This document shows, piece by piece, positions 36,494 to 48,935 of a DNA stretch of 64,000 nucleotides (the first letter of the stretch is position 1; every line of letters starts with the position of its first letter). The stretch is taken from NCBI GenBank assembly GCA_030390025.1, contig CM059432.1:9734001-9798000 (forward strand), written 5' to 3'. A program made the position numbers and the translations under genes. Below the pieces are notes generated by a model that was not told the origin of the DNA, searched no databases, and saw only the letters and a program-made list of their open reading frames with translations. Source of the stretch: Squalus acanthias. Taxonomy: Eukaryota.

Positions 36494-38144
36494 TTGCTTC
36501 CAGACGTGGGTGACCTGGTAGGTCTTCCTCTTGAAATTGAGCATGACTGGGAGAATGAAGAGAGGCCATGCAGAGCAGGACAAGCTGCTAGAAGAGGGAG
36601 GAGGAGAAGAGAGAGAAGGGCTCTCAGCAGGAGGCCATATCTGCCCACGGTCTTTAGAGACCAATTCTCTTACCTCAACTTCAGTGATGACCAATGCTTG
36701 AGATGTCTTCGCTTCACTAAAGAGGTCATGACTGAAATCTGCCAACTGCTGCAGCCACAACAGCAACCTCAAAACAGGGCAAGGATGCATTGCCTGTGGC
36801 TGTCAAGGTGACCATGGCTCTTAACTTTTATGCATCTGGCTCCTTCCAGGCTGGTGCTGGAGATATTAGCAACATCTCGCAGTTTGCAGTGCCCTGCTGC
36901 ATAAGGGAGGTCACTGAGGCTCTCTATACAAAGAGAGACAGCTTCACCTCATTCCCTCTTGCCAGAAACTAGCAGGTGGAGCAAACACAAGGGTTTGCAC
37001 GGATTGCAGGCTTCCCCATGGTCAGGGTGCCATTGACTGCATGCCTCACGTGAACTCTGCCATTTTTCTGATCTGAAAGGGATTCCACTCCTTCAATGTG
37101 CAGCTGATGTGCGACCACAGGCAGCGCATCATGCAGGTGAATGCCCATTATATATACACCTGGAGTACTGAGTTTTGGTCTCCTTATTTAAGGAAGGATA
37201 TACTTGCATTGGAGGCAGTTCAGAGAAGGTTCACTAGGTTAATTCCTGAGATGAAGGGGTTGTCTTATGAAGAAAGGTTGAGCAGGTTGGGCCTATACTC
37301 ATTGGAGTTTAGAAGAATGAGAGGTGATCTTACTGAAACATATAAGATTCTGAGGGGACTGGACAGGGTAGATGCAGAGAGGATGTTTCCCCTCGTGGGG
37401 GTATCTAGAACTAGGGGGCATAGTTTCAGAATAAGGGGTCGCCCATTTAAAACGGAGATGAGGAGGAATTTCTTCTCTCAGAGGGTCGTGAATCTTTGGA
37501 ATTCTCTACCCCAGAGAGCTGTGGAGGCTGGGTCATTGAATATATTCAAGGCAGAGATAGACAGATTTGTGAAAAACAGGGGAGTCAAGGGTTATGGGGA
37601 GAGAGCGGGAAAGTGGAGTTAAGACCATGATCTTATTGAATGGCGGAGCAGGCTCGAGGAGCCGAATGGCCTACTCCTGCTCCTATTTCGTATGTTCTTA
37701 TGTTCTCATCGTGGCAGTAGTCACGATTCCTTCATTCTGTGGCAGTCCCCTGTGCCAGCTGCATGTGGCCCACCACAGCAAGTCAATGGCTGGCTACTGA
37801 GCGACAAGGGTTATCCACTCAGAACTCCGGTCTGGAACCCACGCTCACGTGCACAGCAGGCATACAATGAGAGCCATGCTGCCAGAAGGAATAGCAAAGA
37901 CCACACCATCGGCATCCTCAAACAACAGCTGGACCACTCTGGAGGAGCCTTGCAGTACTCAGCTGAGCCGGTATCAGGATTTGTGGTAGTGGGCTGCGTG
38001 CTGTGCAACCTGGCGATTATGAGGGAACAGCCCTTGCCACCACCTATCAGGCGAGAAGCTGAGGAGCAGGAGCACGAGGAAGAGGAGGAGGAGGAGGAAG
38101 TGGAGGAGGAGGAAGTGCAACAGGAAGTGGAGAAACAGGAATAG
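36494..38144 (+). pseudogene. Harbinger DDE transposase (HARBI1-like) pseudogene
   Basis: LRFTKE, ALNFYASGSFQ, GFP..GAIDC, KGFHSFNVQLMCD, GSSHDSFIL, WLLSDKGYPL, YNESH..TIGILK, CVLCNLAI; stops, frameshifts and a CR1 insertion. Confidence 0.9.
37152..37707 (+). mobile_element. CR1 3' fragment inserted in the transposase
   Basis: FWSPYLRKD..FFSQRVVNLWNSLP; splits NAHY|(P)GSSHD. Confidence 0.9.
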
Positions 38145-38531
38145 GAGGCCACAACATAGATAGCCCTTTTCAGCCCGGGCTCTACATGATCAAGTAATTC
38201 ATGAGCAATACCAATAACCTCAACCACATCTCCCCATTCACCAACAGTCCCACACTCCTTACCTTTCCTCTATCACTGACCATCACATCATCCTCTTTCC
38301 GAAAATACAAAAATAAAAGCCAACAGAAAATGCACATTCCAATCCAAATTTATAAATTAAACCATGACATAATGAATACAAAAATAAACTAATCACCATT
38401 ATGAATTCCCTTGGTGCCTCTTCTGTGTGCCTTTGCCTATCCTAGTGCTCCTACGAGGTGCTTCCCCAGTGGCTGCAGCATGGGTGGTGGAAGACTGCTG
38501 ATCTTCAATTGAGGAGACTGCAGATGGCCTT

Positions 38532-39050
38532 TGTAACCGGTTTCTGTGGTGGCCAATTTCCTATGGCCCCTGCCGCAATCGCCAATTATTGTAAGTGGTT
38601 TCGCCCCACCCGTAGCGAGCACGCAAACCCCCTTACTACAAGTTCTGGACGATAGGGATTACTGAGGACAGATTGGAACACGGACAGCATTTTCGGGCTC
38701 ACCCGTACAGTGTTTATTAAGGTTGACAAAACCACTCCACTCGCATACAGTACGAGCGGTGTGAACACAACAGTACAGTTTAAAACAGTACAACCCTGAC
38801 TTGTCCAACAAGCCCCTGCCGTGCTGACTTACCACGGCCTAAAAACACCCTCCCGTGAACTAAACTATCACAGGACCCTTCCAACGCCAAACCCCCTCTG
38901 GTTTGGTAGGAACATGCAGGCACCCCCTCACACAGCTAAGTGATCTTGTGGGTGTGCAGGCTTGGCAATGCTCACCTAGATTGCCCTTGATCTTGCTTGT
39001 AGCTTCCTCCCGTACGTCTCGGCTACCTGGTCCCGTACCGGCACGTTCGT
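38532..39050 (-). mobile_element. Truncated LTR-like insertion
   Basis: Begins TGTAAC inside Harbinger; minus-strand AATAAA near 38713; no clear second end. Confidence 0.4.
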
Positions 39051-39402
39051 ACTCCATGGAGCCACTGCCACTGCCACTCTCCTGGGGCGACGCCTCAGCA
39101 ATCCTAGTAATCTGTTGGAGAACAGATTGATGGACTGCTGTGATGCCCTGGAAGCCCCTTTGAACACTGGTATCTAGAACCATGATGGCAGCAGTCTGAG
39201 CTTCCACGGCAGCACTCAGACCTTTGGTGGGAGCTACTTGTGCTACAATGGAAGCTGAGACATCGGCCATCAGACATGAGGGTTGAGTCCTGATTGATAG
39301 AGATTGTTGGTAGGTGAGCGATGGGGGTGCAGTGAATTGAGCAGTGGATGAGGCTATTGGTGAAGTTGGTAGGATGTCCCATTTGAAGATGAATTCACTC
39401 AC

Positions 39403-39642
39403 CTTGACAACTCATGTGAGATCATTAACCCTCTTCCTGCACTGCATCCATGTTCGAGGAGTAACATTCCTGGCATTGACATCCGGTGCTATTTCTTCCC
39501 ACTGCCTTCTGAGCATGTGTCTGGAGGGCCTCCTGCCCCCACTATGGATACAGGACATCTCTCCTCCATTCCACCTGTTCCACCAAGGCCTCCAGCACAT
39601 TATCGAAAACCTTGGTGCACGCTCTCTACCATGTTCAGCCAT
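39403..39642 (-). pseudogene. Harbinger Myb/SANT gene exon 1 remnant
   Basis: MAEHGRERAPRFS..QWEEIA..RTWMQCRKRVNDLT*VVK|gtgagt. Confidence 0.8.
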
Positions 39643-39944
39643 TCTTCAATCTTTGGCAGCACAAATTCATCTCACCAAGTTCTCTCACCACCTATTCCAA
39701 CCACAATGCACCCACCTCTCCCTTAAGGCTGCCTTTAAGTAACGGCAGGCACTCGCGATATTGGGCTCCTGCTGATGCGTGCAGCCAACGGACAGCGCAG
39801 GTAGCGCAGACGACACACGGCAATCATTTGAAACAGCAGGCAGCACGAATTTAACATGCTGCGTGCATCACAATGAACGGGCGCGTGTTAAACGCGTACC
39901 GCGATCCCCACGGCCATTTTCGGGTGTTAGCCAATTTCTCCCTC

Positions 39945-40200
39945 AATAGAATCGTACAGCACAGAAGGAGGCCATTCGGCCCATCGTGCCTGTGCCGGCT
40001 CTTTGAAAGAGCTGTGCAATTAATCCCGCTGCCCTGCTCTTTCCCCATAGCCCTGCAAATTTTTTCCCCCTTCAAGTCTATCTCCAATTCCCTTTTTGAA
40101 AGTTACTGTTGAATCTGCTTCCACCGCCCTTTCAGGCAGCGCATTCCAGATCACAACAACTCGCTGAGTAAAAAAAAATTCTCCTCATCTCCCCTCTGGC
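39945..40200 (-). mobile_element. CR1 3' fragment
   Basis: cagcacagaaggaggccattcggccc tail family. Confidence 0.75.
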
Positions 40201-40337
40201 ATTCTTGCTTCACCTCAATGATTCTTCTTCAAGTCATGGAACTTTTTGCAGCTCTCCTTCAGGGAGTAGTCGATGCTGAGTTGATTAGTCATTCATGTGT
40301 TGCTGTGCTGTATGCCCTCTGGTAATACCTGTCAGCA

Positions 40338-40778
40338 GTCAGCCGTGGCTCAGTTGATAGACACCCTTGCCTCTGAAGGTTGTGGGTTCAAAGTCCCACT
40401 CTAGAGATTTGAGCACAAAAATCTAGGCTGACAACTCCAGTGCAGTACTGAGGGAGTACTGCACTGTCAGAGGTGCCGTCTTTCGGATGAGATGTGAAAC
40501 CGAGGTCCCGTCTGCTCTCTCAGGTGAAAGTAAATGATCCCACGGCACTATTTCGAGGAAGAGCAGGGGAGTTCTCCCCGGTGTCCTGGGCCAATATTTA
40601 TCCCTCAATCAACATCACTAAAACAGATTATCTGGTCATTATCACATTGCTGTTTGTGGGAGCTTGCTGTGTTTGCCGCGTTTCCCACATTACAACAGTG
40701 ACTCCACTTCAAAAGTACTTCATTGGCTGTAAAGGGCTTTGGGACATCCGGTGGTCGTGAAAGTCTTTCTTTCTTTTG
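40338..40778 (+). mobile_element. DeuSINE/SacSINE1-like SINE
   Basis: tRNA-like head, Deu core, tctt tail. Confidence 0.88.
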
Positions 40779-41275
40779 TCTTCGTCCAAAAACCTGAGGA
40801 AGACATTTCCATTCGCTGAAATCCCGACACGTGCTGGGAGCATGGAAGCAGGAAAAAAGCAATCGGCGCAAAGTTCATATTCAAGTCTGCCAGCTCGGTC
40901 TTCTGACCATTGTGCACAGCCATCTCAAAGTATTTTGGTTTTGTGCACCGCACAGCGGGATTAACTGCATTTGTGCCATTTGTACTATCGAAGTAGCTCA
41001 TTGTCTGCTTGAAGAGTGTGAAATAAACATTATTATGGCGCATATCGTTTGCTATTTTTCTGAGTTACTCCTGTCAAAATTGAGTTGCATGAAATTAAAG
41101 TAAAAAAAAAATCGTCAGTGACCATTTTGAATAGTGGCCACTAAACACACGCTCACACAAAAATACAGCAACTAACAACTGACAAATTTTTTGTCTTTTA
41201 ATACTCCTGTTAAGTGCCTTGGGACGTTTTACTACATTAAAGGTGCTGTATAAATACAAGCTGTTGTTGTTGTTT

Positions 41276-41540
41276 TAGATGTTGATTGAGGAATAAATAT
41301 TGGCCCAGGACACCGGGGATAATTCCCCTGCTCTTCCTCGAAATAGTGCCGTGGGATCATTTACATTCACCTGAGAGAGCAGACGGGACCTCGGTTTAAC
41401 ATCTCATCCGAAAGACGGCACCTCCGACACTGCACCACTCGCTCAGTGTCAGCCTAGATTTTTGTGCTCAAGTCTCTGGAGTGGGACTTGAACCCACAAC
41501 CGTCTGACTCAGAGGTGAGCATGCTACCAACCGAGCCATG
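41276..41540 (-). mobile_element. DeuSINE/SacSINE1-like SINE 5' half
   Basis: Reverse complement of the head and Deu core. Confidence 0.8.
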
Positions 41541-41995
41541 GCTTGTACTGGAATGGCTTGACTGGGGCGGGCTGGCTCGTTCTGGTTCACAGGTCTTAAG
41601 CACCACAGCCTGGATGTTGCCATGGCCTATAGCCCTTGCTGAGTCCACTGGACTCAGCCGCTTCTTAACACCATGCAGCGTGAACCAAGTTGGCTCAACG
41701 CTGACATTCATGATGGTGGGGACCTCGGGAGGAAGTCCAAGTGGGATCGTGCATTCAGCACTTTTGGCACTTCTCTCTTGCTCTCACGTGCTGGGCTCCA
41801 CTATCGTTGAAGATGGAAATGTTCATGAGCCTCTTCTTCCTGATAGTTGTTTAATTGTCGACCACCATTCTCCACTGGATGTGGGAGGAATACTGCCACC
41901 AGAATGTTCACTTTGACTATTATTGGATGGACGGTGACATAAAGCACTCAACCAATGCAATGGAAGTTGTTCCTGGAATATGTTTTTTTAATACC

Positions 41996-43100
41996 AAGTC
42001 AATGGGAATCGGAGGGAAAACACTCCACTGGCTGGAGTCATACCTAGCACAAAGGAAGATGGTTGTGCTGGTTGGAGGTCAATCATCACAGCCCCAGGAC
42101 ATCACTGCAGGAGTTGCTTAGGGTAGCGTCCTAGGCCCAACCATCTTCAGCTGCTTCATCAATGACCTTCCCTCCAATATAAGGTCAGAAATGGGGATGT
42201 TCGCTGATGACTGCACAGTGTTCAGTGTCATTCACAACTCCTCAGATAATGAAGCAGTCCATGCCTGCATGCAGCAAGACCTAAACGACATTCAGGCTTG
42301 GGCTGATAAGTGGCAGGTAACATTCGTGCCACACAAGTGCCAGGCAATGACTATCTCCAGCAAGCGAGAGTCTAACCACCGCCCCTTGACATTCAACGGC
42401 ATTCCCATTGCCGAATCCCCCACCATCAACATCCTGGGGGTCACCATTGACCAGAAATTTAACTGGACCAGCCACATAAATACTGTGGCTACAAGAGCAG
42501 GTCAAAGGCTAGGTATTCTGCAGCGAGTGTCTCACCTCCTGACTCCCAAAGCCTTTCCACCATCTACAAGGCACAAATAAGGAGTGTGATGGAATACTCT
42601 CCACTTGTCTGGATGAGTGCAGCTCCAACAACAATCAAGAAGCTCGACACCATCCAGGACAAAGCAGCCCGCTTAATTGACACTCCATCCACCACCTTAA
42701 ACATTCACTCCCTCCACCACCGGTGTACTGTGGCTGCAGTGTGTACCATCTACAAGATGCACTGCAGCAACTCGCCAAGGCTTCTTCGGCAGCACCTCCC
42801 AAACCCGTGACCTCTTCCACCTAGAAGGACAAGTGCAGCAGGCACATGGGAACACCACCACCTCCAAGTTCCCCTCCCAGTCACACACCATCCTGACTTG
42901 GAAGTATATTGTCGATCCTTCATCGTCGCTGGGTCAAAATCCTGGAACTCCCTCCCTAACAGCACTGTGGGAGTACCTTCACCACACGGACTGCAGCAGT
43001 TCAAGAAGGCGGCTCACCACCACCTTCTCAAAGGGCAATTAGGGATGGGCAATAAATGCTGGCCTTGCCAGCGAGGCCCACATCCCATAAACGAATAAAA
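41996..43100 (+). mobile_element. 3' part of the 3944-7821 LINE family
   Basis: MFADDCTVF, WADKWQV, MEYSPLVW; tail aagggcaattagggatgggcaataaa. Confidence 0.88.
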
Positions 43101-43465
43101 TAATGCCTACTTTTACTACAGAGTGTGCTCTGCCATTCAATTAGATCGGGGCTGATCTGTATTTTAACTCCATTTACCTGCCTTGGTTCCGTAATGCTTC
43201 CCCCCCCACCCCCACCTGCCCCCAGCCTCATCAGCCTTTTGGGGGAGAGAGTTTGAGATTTCCATTACCCTTTGTGTGAAGAAGTGCTTCCTGACATCAC
43301 CCCTGAATGACCTAGCTCTAAGGTTATGCCCCAAAATAGCACTAGTCAGAATCAGTCAAATTTTTAGTTACGCAGATAGAATTTCGCCGCATGACTTTTT
43401 ACTTACTGGCAATATTTGCTTCGGATCATTTTCTATAATGCAACATCATTATCCTTAGGTTGAAT

Positions 43466-43775
43466 TAGAATCATAGAATCTTACTGCACAGAAGGAGGCC
43501 ATTCGGCCCGTCGTGCCAGTGTTGTCTCTTTGAAAGAGCCGTCCAATTTAGTCCCACACCCAGCTTTCCCCATAACCCTGCAAATCGTCCTCTTTGAGTA
43601 CATGTCCAATGGCCCTTTCGAAAGTTCCTACGGAATCTGATTCCACCAGCCTTTCAGGTAGCGCGTTACAGATCAGAACAACCCTCAGTGCGAAATAATT
43701 TCCCCTCATTTCCCCTCTAGTTCTCTTGCCAATGATATTAAACCTAAGGCCTGTGGTTACCCGACCCACTTGCCA
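43466..43775 (-). mobile_element. CR1 3' fragment
   Basis: catagaat tail; ORF 43548-43769. Confidence 0.75.
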
Positions 43776-43965
43776 TCATCCCAAAGAGCTTCACAGCCAA
43801 TGAAGTACTTCTTGAAGTGTAGTCACTGTTGTGATGTGGGAAACACGGCAGCCAATTTGCACACAGCAAGCTCCCGCAAACAGCAAAGTGATCATGACCA
43901 GATCGTTTGTTTTTCATGATGTCGATCGAGGGATATATACTGGCCGGGGCACCGGGGAAATCTCA
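43776..43965 (-). mobile_element. DeuSINE 3' fragment
   Basis: cagccaatgaagtact..ggcagccaatttgcacacagcaagctccc. Confidence 0.75.
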
Positions 43966-44829
43966 CCGACGACATCAATCTTTTTTTCAGTTTAATTTCC
44001 CATACATCTCGACTTCATCAAGATTGAGAGCACTTGTTCCGTAATCCCTTCAGGGAGTGATCATCTTCCCTGCTCCCGTGCGTGGCTCCTGACACCCAGC
44101 TCTAAAGCCTGGGCGAGGTGAGAAAGATGTTTATTTGACGTTTAGATCTCGACATAACAAAGTGCTCCCAGCTGCATACGACAGTGCCTCTGTACCTGTT
44201 GCCTGTTATTATTCTAACGGAATTATTTCACTTTCTGCTCATGTGCATTTGTCACTGTCACCACTTCCCCCACAGTGTAATCCATAATCCAATTTAGTTA
44301 GGTAGAAAAAAAAAAATGAAGAATATGCTAAATAGCGGGACGGTGCATTTATTTACGATAAACACATATACACATCATCCAGCTGGGAAAAAAAAATGAC
44401 ATCGAAAGTAAATTCTGAATTCTGTGGGTTGGCTATTCTTTGCAAATAGCAAAGGAACGCAGCTGAGGCAAGTTTAAAATGTAGTCAAACAGACAGCTCC
44501 ATCCACTTAAATGAGTGTCTGAGAAGTGAATATTTCTGTCAAGTGAACACATCATTGAAAATGCCAACAATTTGCTGCCTTCATCTTATTGCATTCAGAC
44601 CTGTCAGCTTAATGATGTGAGCTGTTTACTCCTGTTGGGCAAATATTTTGCCTTTATCTTTCTTTCAAGTTAAGTTCAATCTGTTGCCATAATTGTCTCT
44701 GGCAATGCTCGAGGGTCGCCTGCTGCAGGGCTTCCCACTATTGCAGCAATCGATCAATTGAGAGCAAGTTCAAAATTACAGCGCAGGTGTGATGTCCACT
44801 TGTGTCCAACAGTGCCAGCTTGGTCTTCG

Positions 44830-47340
44830 GATTGCAAAATGGTTACGGCACGGAAGAAATCCATTCGGCCCGTCGAGCCCGTGCCGGCTCTCAGCCAGTC
44901 CCGCTCCCCCCTGCCCTTTCCCCGTTGCCCTGCAAATTTTTTTTCCTTCAGGTACTTATCCTTTTGAATAGAGAAGATTGAGCCTGCCTCCACCTGAATC
45001 TGAAACGTATAAGATACTGAGGGAGCTCGACAAGGTGGATGCAGAGAAGATGTTTCCCCCTCGTGGGGGAATCTAGAACAAGGGGGCATAGTTTCAGAAT
45101 AAGGGGTCGCCCATTTAAAACCGAGATGAGGAGGAATTTCTTCTCTCAGAGGGTCGTAAATCTGTGGAATTCTCTGCCCCAGAGAGCTGTGGAGGCTGGG
45201 TCATTGAATATATTTAAGGTGGAGATAGAGAGATTTTTGAACAATAAGGGAGTGAAGGGTTATGGGGAGCGGGCAGGGAAATGGAGCTGAGCCCAAGATC
45301 AGATCAGCCATGATCTCATTGAATGGCGGAGCAGGCTCAAGGGGCCCAATGGCCGACTCCTGCTCCTATTTCTTATGTTCGTATGTTCACCAGCCTTTCA
45401 GGCAGTGCATTCCAGATCCTAACCACTCGCTGTGTAAAATAGATTTTTCTTACGTCGCCTTTTGTTCTTCTGCCAATCACCTTAAATCTGTGTCCTCTGG
45501 TTCTCGACCCTTCTGCCAATGGGAACAGTTTCTCTCTCTCTATTCTGTCTAGACCCCTCATGATTTTGAACACCTCTATCAAATCTCCTCTCAATCTTCT
45601 CTGCTCTAAGGAGAACAAACCCAACTTCTCCAGTCTATCAACATAACTGATGTCTGATTCCTGGAATGATTCTCATAAATCTTTTCTGCACCCTTTCGAA
45701 GACCTTCACATCCTTCCTAAAGTGTGGTGCCCAGAATTGGACACAGTACTCCAGTTGGGGCCGAACCAGTGTTTTATACAGGTTCATCATAATTCCCACG
45801 CTTTTGTACTCTATGCCTCTATTCATGAAGCCCAGGATCCCGTAAGCTTTTTTAACTGCTTTCTCAACCTGCCCTGCCACCTTCAACAATTTGTGCACAC
45901 ATACCCCCAGGTCTCTCTGTTCATGCACCCCCTTTCGGATTGTACTCTTTAGTTTATATTTCCTCTCCTCATTCTTTCTACCAAAATGTATCACTTCGCA
46001 CTTTTCTGTGTTAAATTTCATCTGCCACGTGTCCGCCCATTCCACCAGCCTGTCTGTGTCCTCTTGAAGTCTATCACTCTCCTCCTCACTTTTCACTATA
46101 CTTTCAAGTTTTGTGTCATCTGCAAATGTTGAAATTGTGCCTTGTACACCCTCATCCAAGTCATTAATGTATATCAAGAAAAGCAGTGGTCCTAGTACCG
46201 ACCCCTGGGGAACACCACTGTATACCTTCCTCAAATCCGAAAAACAACCGTTCACCACTACTCTCTGTTTCCTGTCACTTAGCCAATTTCCTATCCAGGC
46301 TGCCACTGTCCCTTTTATTCCATGGGCTTCAATTTTGCTGGCAAGCCTATTATGTGGCACTTTGTCGAGCACCTTTTGAAAATCCATGTACACTATGTCA
46401 ACTGCATTACCCTTGTAGCTTCCAAAAGCTCTTTGTAATAATTTGTCCATGACTACACAAACCACTCTGGGTCCAGGTATATTGTGTATCAGTAAAACAG
46501 GTTTATTAAGCATTAAACATCCAGTACAAAGAAGTAATACTTAACAAGGAGATAGTCACAGTCTTGTTCGTTTGAGCCTCGGCGCTTCTTCCGAGTGACT
46601 GTGGCGCGGTCTCTTTATCCTCTTGCTGTGTTCTGTTGACTGAAGCTCACTTCTCTGGTTTCTTGCTGTGTTCTGTCGACTGAAACTCCTTCAACTCTGA
46701 TTACTTGGTTCGCGCTGCCTTCAGTGTTCAATATCTGTAAGTTTATACACTTTCCCTTCTTTTGCCTACGTGACTGCAATCAGCTACCCGACACCTGGTA
46801 CATGTTTTATGACCTTGTTGATCCCACTAGGTCTCGCTTTGTGCATATCAAAGTTCCCTTTATCTTTAGATGTTCTCTTTTCAAAGACCATTTCCCAAGA
46901 TGTTGTCTAAACAATCTGTCCATTTTATAGTGGTATCACTGAGGGGTGCCTTCCATTTCTCTCTCTCTTCTCTTCTCTTATCTCTTTTCCATCACATATA
47001 CTGAATACCACATTCCTGACAGTCTCCATAAACTTAGCATTATATTCCATTGCTTCAGTAATTGAAAACAGAGCCAGTTTCAGTCAGGTTGGCATAATTT
47101 CCCATCCTGCTTTTCTCTCGGCCATTCGCCATTTTATACAGGCTTTTAGGCTTTTAACATACAATTTCACATATTATAGTGATACAAAAATGTTTACTAA
47201 ATCATACAAATACACCCTATCCCACACCCTCATCAACCCTCTCTGTTACCTCATCAAAAAACTCGATCAAGTTGGTTAAACACGATTTGCCTTTAATAAA
47301 TCCGTGCTGGCTTTCCTTAATTAATCCACACCTATCCAAG
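44830..47340 (-). mobile_element. CR1 copy interrupted by an opposite-strand CR1 (~44997-45388, +) and a solo LTR
   Basis: ORFs 45373-45624 and 45638-46513 (GVPQGS, FADD); continues at 47227-47340. Confidence 0.88.
46414..47226 (-). mobile_element. 813-bp solo LTR
   Basis: tgtagc..cccaca, 4-bp TSD CCCT restores CR1 cattaccctcatcaacc; minus-strand AATAAA (~46502) and TATAAA (~46742). Confidence 0.8.
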
Positions 47341-47574
47341 TTGGACAGATCCTTTGGACCCCTAAAAATTATGGCTTAGGCTGTTCCGAGCGTAAATTGC
47401 CCTGATTTGCTGTCCTGATCCCAACCATTTCTGTTAATGTCTAACTTGAATAGATTTCTTATTGTTCTCCTCAGCCGAGTATTCAACAAGTCTCACCACA
47501 TTACCATTTTACATCTAATGACATCAAATTTTACAGAAACAGGCCATTCAGCCCAACTGGTCTATGTCGGTGTT

Positions 47575-48090
47575 TATAGAAACATAGAAACATAGAAGAT
47601 AGGAGCAGGAGTAGGCCATTCGGCCCCTCGAGCCTGCTCCGCCATTCGATGAGATCATGGCTGATCATCCAAATTCAGTACCCTGTACCTGCCTTCTCCC
47701 CATATCCCTTGATACCTTTAGCTTTAAGAAATATATCTAACTCATTCTTGAATATATTTAATGATTTGGCCTCAACTACCTTCTGTGGTAGAGAATTCCA
47801 CAGGTTCACCACTCTTTGGGTGAAGAAATTCTTCCTCATTTCTGTCCTAAATGGCTTACCCCTTATCCTTAGATTATGACCCCTGGTTCTGGACTCTCCG
47901 ACCATCGGGAACATTCTTCCTGCATCTAGTTTGTCCAGACCTGCCAGAATTTTATATGTTTTGATGAGATCCCCTCTCATTCTTCTATACTCCAGCAAGT
48001 ATAAGCCCAATCGACCCAATCTCTCCTCATATGTCATTCCTGCCATCCCAGGTATCAGCCTTGTGAATCTTCACTGAACTCCCTCCATCC
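47575..48090 (-). mobile_element. CR1 3' fragment
   Basis: ORF 47675-48046; catagaaa tail. Confidence 0.9.
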
Positions 48091-48224
48091 TATGCGCCCC
48101 ACGAGCCTCCTCCCACCCCTACTACAACAGGTGGAGAGGGGTGAAGACGGCACTGTAAGGATTTGGAAGGAGGTTTATGAGAGGTGTACTCAGACAGTCA
48201 AGTAAGTGACGTTCTTTTGATTAG

Positions 48225-48600
48225 TCCAGGGACTTGAGCACATAGCCAAGGCTGACTCTTCAGTGCAATACTGAGGGAGCGCTGCACTGTCGGAGCTGCC
48301 TTCTTTCAGATGAGACATTAAACCGAGGCCCCGTCTGCTCTCTCAGGTGGACAGAAAAGAATCTACAACACTTTTGAAAGAAGAGCAGGAGAGTTCGCCT
48401 GGTGTCCTGGTCCATGTTTATCCCTCAACCAACAACATCAAAAACAGATTAGCTCTTCATTTATGTCACAGCTGTTTGTGGAACCTTGCTGCGTCGCAAA
48501 TTATCTGCCACATTTTCCTACATTACAGCAGTGACTACAATGCTTAAAGTACTCCATTGGCTGTGAAGCACTTTGGGTTGTCCTCAGGTTCATGAAAGGG
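48225..48600 (+). mobile_element. Diverged DeuSINE
   Basis: Deu core match. Confidence 0.75.
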
Positions 48601-48935
48601 GCTATCTCTGTAACCTCCTCCAGCCCTACAACCCTCCAAGATACGGGCGCTCCTCCAAGTCTGGCCTCTTGCGCATCTCCGATTTTAATCGCTCCAGCAT
48701 TGGCGGCCGTGCCTTCAGATGCCGAGCCCCTAAGCTCTGGAATACCCTCCCTAAACCTCTCCACTTCTCTACCTCTCTTTCCTCCTTTAAGACGCTCCTT
48801 AAAACATACCTCAATTATCCTAATATCTCCTTATGCAGCTCGATGTCAAATTTTGTTTGATAACACTCCTGTGAAGCACCTTGGAACGTTTTGCTATGTT
48901 GAAGGTGCTATATAAATGTAACTTGTTGTTGTTGA
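48601..48935 (+). mobile_element. L2-like LINE 3' end
   Basis: ggtgctatataaatgtaacttgttgttg tail. Confidence 0.78.

Larger units (their letters stand above)
32371..39941. mobile_element. Decayed two-gene PIF/Harbinger transposon (transposase + convergent Myb gene), interrupted by two CR1s and an LTR piece
   Basis: HARBI1-like remnants 36494-38144 (+), Myb remnant 39403-39642 (-), right TIR-like aatttctccc near 39933-39942; left arm 32371-32505 inferred. Confidence 0.65.

Noticed and set aside
37098..37622. Transposase-RT fusion ORF
   Set aside because: Accidental in-frame junction of a CR1 insertion into a dead transposase.
36494..38144. Host HARBI1 gene
   Set aside because: It has stops, frameshifts and insertions and is paired with a Myb remnant, so it is a transposon fossil.
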